DNA of 50,940 nucleotides from a bacterium (GTDB lineage Bacteria; Patescibacteriota; Minisyncoccia; Phycocordibacterales; Phycocordibacteraceae): NCBI GenBank assembly GCA_023269085.1, contig JAHFML010000001.1, positions 256,356 to 307,295 of the forward strand, read 5' to 3'. Shown piece by piece: positions 1 to 6,161 of this stretch (position 1 is its first letter; each line of letters starts with the position of its first letter). The notes under the pieces were generated by a model. It saw only the letters and a program-made list of their open reading frames with translations, ran no database searches and was not told where the DNA came from. The position numbers and the translations under genes were made by a program.

Positions 1-258
1 ATCAATATGCACCAGTCGCGCGAACTTGGACATCGGATGTCCAAGTTGATAAATATTCTCAATAACAAACGTCGGACTGTTCACGATAGCACTCACGCCG
101 AGCGCTTTTGCAACCACTTTAGTAAAAGCGGTCTTCCCCGCCCCAAGCTCGCCCGAAAGAGTAATCAAGCTCGCGCCGTGCTTCGCCGGCGCGAGCTCCG
201 CGACGAATCGCTTCGCCTCGGCCTCAAGCTCTTCGAGCGTCCTGATACTTTTCTCCAT
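1..258 (-). CDS. tsaE: tRNA t6A biosynthesis ATPase TsaE (YjeE family); C-terminus cut by window edge
   Basis: Reverse translation from ATG at 258: MEKSIRTLEELEAEAKRFVAEL..LITLSGELGAGKTAFTKVVAKALGV..NSPTFVIENIY..LVHID. P-loop GxxGAGKT plus SPTF motif. Absent from ORF track because there is no stop in the window. Confidence 0.75.
   Translation of the reverse strand, partial: MEKSIRTLEELEAEAKRFVAELAPAKHGASLITLSGELGAGKTAFTKVVAKALGVSAIVNSPTFVIENIYQLGHPMSKFARLVHID
23..47. repeat. 25-nt perfect palindrome (aacttggacatc g gatgtccaagtt) inside tsaE coding sequence; 21 nt recur at 12167..12187
   Basis: Direct reading: 12+1+12 palindrome. The reverse complement of 27..47 is identical to 12167..12187. 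Confidence 0.85.
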
Positions 259-286
259 GCGCCAATTGTACTCTAGAAATAAGTTA

Positions 287-316
287 GCGCCCGTTTCTCT
301 TTCGAGAAACGGGCGC
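287..316 (-). terminator. GC-rich hairpin downstream of the lipoprotein gene
   Basis: gcgcccgtttctc / gagaaacgggcgc, 13-bp stem with 4-nt loop, 7 nt after the stop at 323. The T-tract on the minus strand is weak. Confidence 0.45.
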
Positions 317-322
317 TTTGGT

Positions 323-553
323 TCAGTACCTCGGGCGATACCATGTGCCTGGGCGGTACTTGGTGTATCCCCACGCCGGGTACTCTGGGATGGGCGGTTG
401 GTAAACGCCATAAAAAATGGTCGTCGTCACCACCGATGGGTCAACTCGGACCCACTCGACCGCTCGGGCACAACCAGTCGGCGGGCAAGGAATACTGCCC
501 GCGCAACCAGAAAGGAAAATCAGAGAAAAAAGAACTGCGAGAAGCCGTGTCAT
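323..553 (-). CDS. small putative lipoprotein (76 aa)
   Basis: Internal start MTRLLAVLFSLIFLSGCAGS carries lipobox LSGC. AAGGAGA sits 5 nt upstream of ATG 553. The longer track ORF (to 634) has no RBS. Confidence 0.6.
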   Translation of the reverse strand: MTRLLAVLFSLIFLSGCAGSIPCPPTGCARAVEWVRVDPSVVTTTIFYGVYQPPIPEYPAWGYTKYRPGTWYRPRY

Positions 554-641
554 GACGGTCTCCTTAAAAATTGAGGCTGAATATAGGTTATCATAGAAAT
601 TACAAAATGTCAACCCCCTGCCCACCAGCGCCATTGTCGGC

Positions 642-647
642 TATCAT
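642..647 (+). promoter_or_regulatory. -10-like TATCAT, 8 nt before ATG 656
   Basis: Hexamer position relative to the start codon; belongs to the recurrent start-proximal -10 pattern. Confidence 0.35.
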
Positions 648-655
648 AGAGCGAT

Positions 656-2329
656 ATGGACCTGCCTTTTGATACGCGCCAGACTGACGTGAAGCTTGCC
701 GAAGCGCGCGAGCACGAAGAAGAAGATGTCGCGCGCATCCTCTCCGATAAATATGGGATGCAGTACACCGACCTATCGATGAAGGATATCGACAGTGACG
801 CACTCCGGCTCATCCCAGAGACCGCGGCGCGCGCGGCTGGGACTATTGCCTTCGCAAAGACTGGCAAACATCTCTCGCTCGCGCTTCAGAATCCTAATCG
901 CCCCGAGGTCGATCCACTCCTCGCAGATCTCGCCGAGCGCGGCTTCACGTTTGATAAGTTTCTTGTATCCGAAAAGAGTATTGAGTGGGCGCTCAAGCGC
1001 TATAGCGAGCTCTCCCTCACGACCGGGACGAAGGCGGGTGTCTTCTCGATGCTCGGTGAAGCCGTCACGAAGATGAGTGCCGAGGGCATGTCGAAAGCTT
1101 CACTCAAGACTGCGCTCGATGACGCTACGAGCGATCGTTCACCGAATCGCCTCACCCACATCTTCGAGATCCTGCTCGCGGGCGCTTTCGCACTCCGCGC
1201 TTCGGACATTCACCTCGAGCCGCGCGAGGAGTCGGCCATCCTGCGCATGCGCATCGACGGTCTCTTGACTGATATTTATACCTTCGATACCACGACTTTC
1301 TTCCAGCTCATCTCGCGTATCAAACTCCTCTCCGGTGTAAAGATCAATATCACGAATCGCGCCCAGGATGGCCGCTTCAGCATCACGCGCGCGCAGGGCG
1401 ACGTCGAGATGCGCACCTCCTTCATCCCCGAGAACTATGGCGAATCTGCCGTGATGCGCATCTTGAACCCCGAAGCGACGAAGGTCTCCTATAAAGAGCT
1501 CGGCATCAATGCGAAGCTCCTCGCGCGTCTCGAGACCGAGATCCGCCGCCCGAACGGCATGCTCCTCACGACCGGCCCGACCGGAAGCGGCAAGACGACG
1601 ACGCTCTATTCATTCCTCCGCGAGCTCTATTCGCCTGAGATAAAGATCATTACGATCGAAGATCCGGTCGAATACCATCTTGCCGGCATCGTACAGACGC
1701 AGGTGGATGAGAAGAAATATACTTTCGCCGAAGGCCTTCGCTCGATTGTGCGCCAAGACCCAGACATCATCATGGTCGGCGAGATCCGCGACGGCGAGAC
1801 GGCTGACATCGCTATCCAAGCCGCGCTCACGGGCCACTTCGTCCTCTCGACCTTGCACACCAACAACGCGGCCGGCACCTTCCCGCGCCTCGCCGACCTC
1901 GGCGCTGACCCGAAATCATTCGGCTCGGCGATCACGGTCTCGATGGCGCAACGCCTCCTCCGTACTTTGAATCAAGAAACAAAAAAAGAACGCCCGCTCA
2001 CGGACGACGAGAAGGCGATGATAGCGAAAGTGTTCGAGCCGCTCACTGACAAATCGCTCCTGCCGGAAAAAATAGAGACCGTGTGGGAACCGGTGCCCAA
2101 TGCTGAAGCGGGCGATACGGGCTATAAGGGTCGCATCGGCCTCTATGAAGCGATCTTCATGGACGACGCGCTCGCCGCCATTCTCCGTGACAATCCGCCT
2201 TCTAATGAGATCGCGAAGGCCGCAATAAACCAAGGCTACCCCACGATGGCGCAAGATGGCATCTTGAAAGCGCTCGCCGGCACCACCTCGCTCTCTGAAG
2301 TCCTCTCGACCGTCGAGATGCCACGGTAA
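656..2329 (+). CDS. GspE/PilB-family type II/IV secretion ATPase
   Basis: Walker A GPTGSGKTTT, IIMVGEIRD Asp box, TGHFVLSTLHTN His box, N-terminal GspE_N-like domain. 557 aa. Confidence 0.9.
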   Translation: MDLPFDTRQTDVKLAEAREHEEEDVARILSDKYGMQYTDLSMKDIDSDALRLIPETAARAAGTIAFAKTGKHLSLALQNPNRPEVDPLLADLAERGFTFDKFLVSEKSIEWALKRYSELSLTTGTKAGVFSMLGEAVTKMSAEGMSKASLKTALDDATSDRSPNRLTHIFEILLAGAFALRASDIHLEPREESAILRMRIDGLLTDIYTFDTTTFFQLISRIKLLSGVKINITNRAQDGRFSITRAQGDVEMRTSFIPENYGESAVMRILNPEATKVSYKELGINAKLLARLETEIRRPNGMLLTTGPTGSGKTTTLYSFLRELYSPEIKIITIEDPVEYHLAGIVQTQVDEKKYTFAEGLRSIVRQDPDIIMVGEIRDGETADIAIQAALTGHFVLSTLHTNNAAGTFPRLADLGADPKSFGSAITVSMAQRLLRTLNQETKKERPLTDDEKAMIAKVFEPLTDKSLLPEKIETVWEPVPNAEAGDTGYKGRIGLYEAIFMDDALAAILRDNPPSNEIAKAAINQGYPTMAQDGILKALAGTTSLSEVLSTVEMPR

Positions 2330-2343
2330 AAAAAGATCCCGCC

Positions 2344-2484
2344 CATACTCCCCCAGGCAAAACCCGCATAAATGCGGGGAGGACGAGACACCTGAGGAGA
2401 TTCCCAGCGCCAACACCAAGGTGTCGGACCAGAAAGTCCTTGGGGAAACGCCCGAAGCCGTCAAGCCTTGCCTAGAGGAGTATG
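2344..2484. ncRNA. candidate structured RNA, class unresolved (rod-like fold; strand uncertain)
   Basis: Long-range closing helix: catactcc..aggcaa (2344-2360) pairs with ttgcct..ggagtatg (2468-2484). Internal hairpins cccgcat/atgcggg, ccaagg/ccttgg, ggac/gtcc. Lies in a 200-bp non-coding gap. On the minus strand a T7 run follows. Confidence 0.4.
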
Positions 2485-2509
2485 AACAGGATCAAAAAAC
2501 TATGGTAAG

Positions 2510-2519
2510 ATGCTAGCAT
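2510..2519. promoter_or_regulatory. palindromic extended -10-like element ATGCTAGCAT (reads TGCTAGCAT on both strands)
   Basis: 12 nt upstream of ruvB ATG 2532. On the minus strand it faces the structured-RNA candidate. Confidence 0.4.
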
Positions 2520-2531
2520 CATCATCTTTTT

Positions 2532-3521
2532 ATGTCAAGACCCCCCATTGTCGCCTCTGCCACCCCGACCCCGCCGGTCGAGGTAGACGCCGCGCTCCGC
2601 CCGAGCCATTGGGACGACTATGTCGGCCAGAAACAGATCAAAGCGAACGTGCGCATCGCTATCGACGCCGCAAAAAAGCGCGGTGGCATGCCCGAGCACA
2701 TCCTCTTCTATGGTCCGCCGGGCGTCGGGAAGACAACCCTCGCGTATCTCGTCGCCGCGACACTCGAGTCGCCCTTGAAGAGCACGTCGGGCGTCGCTAT
2801 CGAGCGCGCGGGCGACCTCGCCGCTATCCTCACCAACCTCGATCCGAACACGGTCCTCTTTATCGACGAGATCCATCGCCTCTCGCACAAGATCGAAGAG
2901 CTCCTCTACCCCGCGCTCGAGTCGGGGCATCTCGACATAATTCTCGGCAAGGGCCCCTCGGCGCGCACCGTCGAGCTCGCGCTCCCGCCCTTCACCCTCG
3001 TCGGGGCGACGACGCGCGTCTCAATGCTCTCGGGCCCCCTGCGCTCGCGCTTCGGTGGCGGGACCTTCCAGCTCGACTTCTACAGCGACGACGATCTGCG
3101 CGATATCATCAGTCGCTCGGCAGGCCTCCTCGGCCTCAACGCTCCCCGCGAGGTCATCGAGAACATCGCCGGCCGTTCACGTGCTACCCCGCGCGTTGCC
3201 AATTCCCTCTTGAAGCGCGTCCGCGACTTCTCTGAAGTGCATGAGCGCCCAATAACGCTGCCGCTCCTCGAAGAGGCCTGCCGGCTCTTCGGCATCGACG
3301 AACTCGGCCTTACCAAGGATGACAGGCGGTATCTCGAGATGCTCCGCGAGAGCTTCCACGGTGGGCCGGCGGGTGTCCGCGCGCTCGCGGCCGCGCTCCA
3401 CGAAGACCCCGACACCATCGAGAGCGTCTATGAGCCGTATCTCCTGCGCCTCGGCTTCATCGAGCGCTCCCTCCGTGGCCGCGTGCTCACCGATAAAGGG
3501 AGGGCGTACCTCGCTCGATGA
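2532..3521 (+). CDS. ruvB: Holliday junction branch-migration helicase RuvB
   Basis: LRPSHWDDYVGQKQIK.., Walker A GPPGVGKTTLA, Walker B LFIDEIHRL, sensor and winged-helix C-terminus. 329 aa. Confidence 0.95.
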   Translation: MSRPPIVASATPTPPVEVDAALRPSHWDDYVGQKQIKANVRIAIDAAKKRGGMPEHILFYGPPGVGKTTLAYLVAATLESPLKSTSGVAIERAGDLAAILTNLDPNTVLFIDEIHRLSHKIEELLYPALESGHLDIILGKGPSARTVELALPPFTLVGATTRVSMLSGPLRSRFGGGTFQLDFYSDDDLRDIISRSAGLLGLNAPREVIENIAGRSRATPRVANSLLKRVRDFSEVHERPITLPLLEEACRLFGIDELGLTKDDRRYLEMLRESFHGGPAGVRALAAALHEDPDTIESVYEPYLLRLGFIERSLRGRVLTDKGRAYLAR

Positions 3522-3574
3522 GATTGCGTCTCATGGAGAGTTTGGTATACTGAATACAATCACCACGAAAGAGA

Positions 3575-3610
3575 CCCCTGCGGAGTTCCGTCTCCACCGG
3601 GGGCTTTTTT
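3575..3610 (+). terminator. intrinsic terminator after ruvB
   Basis: Imperfect hairpin cccctgcggag / ctccaccggggg followed by cTTTTTT. Confidence 0.5.
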
Positions 3611-3878
3611 ATTTCAACTCAAGAGCATTCCGCTTATCAGCTATATACAGTATGGGCGCATCGGTTCGCTTCAACAGCAGTGAGCATTTTTCTTTTTTGC
3701 TTGGCGAAATGATCGTTTCAAATTGATTTCTGTTGTTCAGAAACTTCACAAGTTCGGCATAATCTCCGTCACTCGATACGAGAATCGCCCGCTCCATTTT
3801 CTTCTCATAAGCATCGCGCATGGCATTGTGGAGATTCGCACCATCAATATATGCGTGGTTCGTGAGCGGCTTTTGCAT
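3609..3878 (-). CDS. short NYN/LabA-like domain protein (89 aa, probably a shortened remnant)
   Basis: N-terminal AYIDGANLH and central ILVSSDGDYAELVKFL resemble the NYN motifs (xDGxN, SgDsDf). The middle of the domain appears missing. Low-GC segment. Confidence 0.45.
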   Translation of the reverse strand: MQKPLTNHAYIDGANLHNAMRDAYEKKMERAILVSSDGDYAELVKFLNNRNQFETIISPSKKEKCSLLLKRTDAPILYIADKRNALELK

Positions 3879-3884
3879 GAGCAG

Positions 3885-3893
3885 ATTTTAGCA
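3885..3893 (-). promoter_or_regulatory. TGCTAAAAT extended -10-like motif, 6 nt before ATG 3878
   Basis: Plus strand reads attttagca. Same TGCTAnnnT grammar as the core genes. Confidence 0.4.
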
Positions 3894-3907
3894 CGCTGGA
3901 AATGTCA

Positions 3908-3944
3908 CTCGGCTTCATCGAGAGTCGCGTCCTGACCGATAAAG
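3908..3944 (+). pseudogene. degenerate second copy of the ruvB 3' coding end
   Basis: ctcggcttcatcgag..cgcgtcctgaccgataaag aligns to ruvB 3449..3497 with a 12-nt in-frame deletion and 2 mismatches. Confidence 0.75.
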
Positions 3945-4015
3945 CAAATATTTGCAAAATATAGAATACACGGTATGCTCTGCGAGGATCAACCAACCCC
4001 TCCGTGGAGGAAATC

Positions 4016-4243
4016 ATGGGCTACAACGTAGTTTTCAAGAATCTCAGTGGTGTCACTACATGGACGTCGTTCGTGAGCAAAGAAAAATTCTGTGAGTGGT
4101 ACAACGACATGGCACATAACGAGCTCGCTATTGTTGCCGAAGGCGTCACTGACGATGAAGCCACTGCTTTGTGCTCTACCCTTTCGGCGCGTATGGCCGC
4201 CTTTGCTGCCGGGCTTGGGGAACTCAATGAACGCTACTCCTGA
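4016..4243 (+). CDS. hypothetical protein (75 aa)
   Basis: GGAGG sits 5 nt before ATG 4016. ORF MGYNVVFKNLSGVTTWTSF.. is followed by a terminator hairpin. No recognisable motif. Confidence 0.5.
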   Translation: MGYNVVFKNLSGVTTWTSFVSKEKFCEWYNDMAHNELAIVAEGVTDDEATALCSTLSARMAAFAAGLGELNERYS

Positions 4244-4267
4244 GCACCCGCTCCGCCGTACTCCAGC

Positions 4268-4293
4268 AAGCCCGTCCTCGCGACGGGCTTTTT
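4268..4293 (+). terminator. intrinsic terminator
   Basis: aagcccgtc ctcgc gacgggctt followed by TTTg. Confidence 0.6.
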
Positions 4294-4373
4294 GTTTGCG
4301 TGTAAAAAAGCCTGTGATATACTTTAGATATATTTGGGGCAACCCACGACCCGCGCAGGCAACTGCGCGGGGT

Positions 4374-4769
4374 CTATTTTATCTCGTGTAATTTCAAGTA
4401 TGCTTTGTTAATCTGTGTCATCTCAATTGCTCCTATTTCTCCCATCTTCTCTTTCAATCTTCGATAATCGAATGTGCGGCCTTGCGAAAGAACGATGGTC
4501 TGTTTCGTTCCTCGAAAGATAATCGGGCAATACCACGTTCCTGTTTTCTCTTTTGTTGTAAGTGGCAACCCAAGAAATGAGTACGCGTCATACTTTTTAA
4601 ATATGAAGACTGGTCGAGTGAACCGCTCGCCTTTGCCGTTCATCTCATTACCGATATTCTCTCCTGTGTGGCACCACCACAATTCGCCTTCGCGAAAGAA
4701 GGGCGGTTTGTGCTCTGCGACATGTAGACGCTCTTTTATGCCAATCCATTCGAGGAATCTTTTCAACAT
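4374..4769 (-). CDS. PemK/MazF-like toxin-fold protein (solitary)
   Basis: REGELWWCHTGENIGNEMNGKGERFTRPVFIFKKY matches the G(E/D)IWW..G.E..G.RPvlV core of PemK/MazF family proteins. 131 aa. No partner ORF upstream. Confidence 0.55.
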   Translation of the reverse strand: MLKRFLEWIGIKERLHVAEHKPPFFREGELWWCHTGENIGNEMNGKGERFTRPVFIFKKYDAYSFLGLPLTTKEKTGTWYCPIIFRGTKQTIVLSQGRTFDYRRLKEKMGEIGAIEMTQINKAYLKLHEIK

Positions 4770-4783
4770 GACGGTAGTATACC

Positions 4784-4850
4784 GCGCCTCGGCTTCATCG
4801 AACGCTCCCCCCGCGGCCGCGTGCTCACCGACAAAGGGAGGGCGTACCTC
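4784..4850 (+). pseudogene. third copy of the ruvB 3' coding end (probably the displaced native end)
   Basis: 67 nt align to 3446..3512 with 4 substitutions, 3 synonymous. In frame it reads RLGFIERSPRGRVLTDKGRAYLNA*, against ruvB RLGFIERSLRGRVLTDKGRAYLAR*. Confidence 0.85.
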
Positions 4851-4864
4851 AACGCATAATTTTT

Positions 4865-4873
4865 TGCTATAGT
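4865..4873 (+). promoter_or_regulatory. TGCTATAGT extended -10-like motif, 6 nt before ATG 4880
   Basis: Direct reading. Confidence 0.45.
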
Positions 4874-4879
4874 TCTCCT

Positions 4880-5434
4880 ATGTCCGGACATTCGAAATGG
4901 TCGCAGATAAAGAGGCAGAAGGGCGTGACCGACGCCGCGCGGAGCCGCGTCTTCTCGCGGTATGCGCGGCTCATCACCGTCGAGTCGAAGAAGGCGAACG
5001 GCATTCTCTCGGCGCCCGGCCTCGCGACCGCGGTCGCCCGCGCCAAGGCCGAGAACATGCCGAAGGATAATATCGAACGCGCCATCGCGAAGGGCACCTC
5101 GAAGGACGGGGGCAATCTCGAGCCAGTCCTCTATGAAGCCTATGGCCCCGCCGGCGTCGCTATCATGGTCGAAGCGCTGACCGACAACAAGAACCGCACG
5201 ACACCCGAGATCAAGCATCTCTTCTCTAAACAAGGTATCGAGGTCGCCGCGCCGGGCTCGGCCTCGTGGGCATTCACCAAGGTCGGCGGCGCTCTCGTCC
5301 CGAATGAGCCACTCACTGAGATTGCCGGCGCGGATGAAGAGAAGCTTATGGCTATCCTCGACGCGCTCGATGAGCACGAAGACGTCCAGCAGATCTTCAC
5401 CAATGCGCGCGGGTATGAGAATTCTGGCGATTGA
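4880..5434 (+). CDS. yebC: YebC/PmpR-family transcriptional regulator (short, 184 aa)
   Basis: MSGHSKWSQIKRQKGVTDAARSRVFSRYARLITV.., KAENMPKDNIERAI, YEAYGPAGVAIMVEALTDNKNRT. About 50 aa shorter than typical YebC. Confidence 0.88.
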   Translation: MSGHSKWSQIKRQKGVTDAARSRVFSRYARLITVESKKANGILSAPGLATAVARAKAENMPKDNIERAIAKGTSKDGGNLEPVLYEAYGPAGVAIMVEALTDNKNRTTPEIKHLFSKQGIEVAAPGSASWAFTKVGGALVPNEPLTEIAGADEEKLMAILDALDEHEDVQQIFTNARGYENSGD

Positions 5435-5891
5435 CCCGGGCTACGACCGGCTCGGTATCGCGGTCGTCGAGGGGAACCCGTCGCGGCCAACGCTCGTGTG
5501 GAGCGATTGCGTCGAGCCAGCAGAGGGCGAGCCGGCTGAACGTCTTGCGGAGGTGTCTCGCGCCGTTTCCTCTGCGATACTTATGCACGCGCCCGGCGCG
5601 CTCGGTATCGAGACACTCTTCTTCAGCGTGAACAAGAAGACCGCGCTCGGTGTCGCCGAGGCGCGCGGTGCGGTGCTCGCCGCGGCCGGTCTTGCTGGAA
5701 TTCCCATTATCGAGTGCACGCCAGCGCAGGTGAAGCTCGCGGTCACGGGCTACGGCAATGCGGATAAAAAATCTATCGGGGCGATGATCCCGCGGCTTCT
5801 CGACCTCCCGCCGAAGAAGCGTCGCGACGACGAGCTCGATGCTATCGCAGTCGGCATCACTGCACTCGCAGAAGGGCTCCCGCGAATGTAA
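5415..5891 (+). CDS. ruvC: crossover junction endodeoxyribonuclease RuvC
   Basis: MRILAIDPGYDRLGIAVVEG.., ..AQVKLAVTGYGNADKKSI.., DELDAIAVGI. Overlaps yebC by 20 nt. The track ORF starts further upstream in non-homologous sequence. Confidence 0.88.
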   Translation: MRILAIDPGYDRLGIAVVEGNPSRPTLVWSDCVEPAEGEPAERLAEVSRAVSSAILMHAPGALGIETLFFSVNKKTALGVAEARGAVLAAAGLAGIPIIECTPAQVKLAVTGYGNADKKSIGAMIPRLLDLPPKKRRDDELDAIAVGITALAEGLPRM

Positions 5892-5987
5892 TCCACACCC
5901 CGTGCAAAACCCTCTTGCAAGCCCGCAAAGTTTTTGCTCAAATAGAGCGGTCCCCGCGCGGGATTAATCTAACGCTGTTGTAGTTAT

Positions 5988-6092
5988 ATGGACGACGAAT
6001 TTCGTGCTACTGAAGATGGGCCGCTTGATGAAGAACTCACTGAAGATGCTGAACTCGGTTTCAACGAAGAAGATGGGCCGGAATCTTTGTAG
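5988..6092 (+). CDS. candidate 34-aa highly acidic micro-protein
   Basis: MDDEFRATEDGPLDEELTEDAELGFNEEDGPESL, with an internal duplication of EDGP. No SD. Below the ORF-track cutoff. Speculative. Confidence 0.2.
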   Translation: MDDEFRATEDGPLDEELTEDAELGFNEEDGPESL

Positions 6093-6107
6093 CTTCTAGC
6101 CACTTCA

Positions 6108-6149
6108 AGCACGCGATGCCGCGCCCTCCCGGGCGCGGCATCGCGTGCT
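6108..6149. other. perfect 18-bp GC-rich hairpin overlapping the PBP1A -10 element
   Basis: agcacgcgatgccgcgcc ctcccg ggcgcggcatcgcgtgct. No U-tract. The 3' arm ends inside TGCTACCAT. Confidence 0.6.
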
Positions 6150-6154
6150 ACCAT
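6146..6154 (+). promoter_or_regulatory. TGCTACCAT extended -10-like motif, 7 nt before ATG 6162
   Basis: Direct reading. Confidence 0.45.
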
Positions 6155-6161
6155 ACAAGCC

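Noticed and set aside
1916-2464. 182-aa minus-strand ORF spanning the pilB end and the spacer
   Set aside because: It lies mostly antisense to the pilB-like gene. The remainder covers the structured-RNA candidate. No start context or motif.
2344-2484. Possible SRP RNA, TPP riboswitch, c-di-GMP-I riboswitch or twister ribozyme identity for the structured spacer
   Set aside because: The conserved cores I recall are not present on either strand (SRP GGUCCGGAAGGAAGCAGC; TPP CUGAGA..ACCUGAUCUGGAUAAUGCCAGCG; GEMM GGCAAACC..GGGACGCAAAGCC; the twister core). There is only a partial GGCAAAACC / GGUCCG resemblance.
2510-3235. 241-aa plus-strand ORF in an alternate frame of ruvB
   Set aside because: Arg/Pro-rich out-of-frame shadow. 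The ruvB frame has Walker A and B.
4763-5377. 204-aa minus-strand ORF
   Set aside because: Antisense to yebC, which has an unmistakable YebC N-terminus. It also runs through the ruvB-end remnant.
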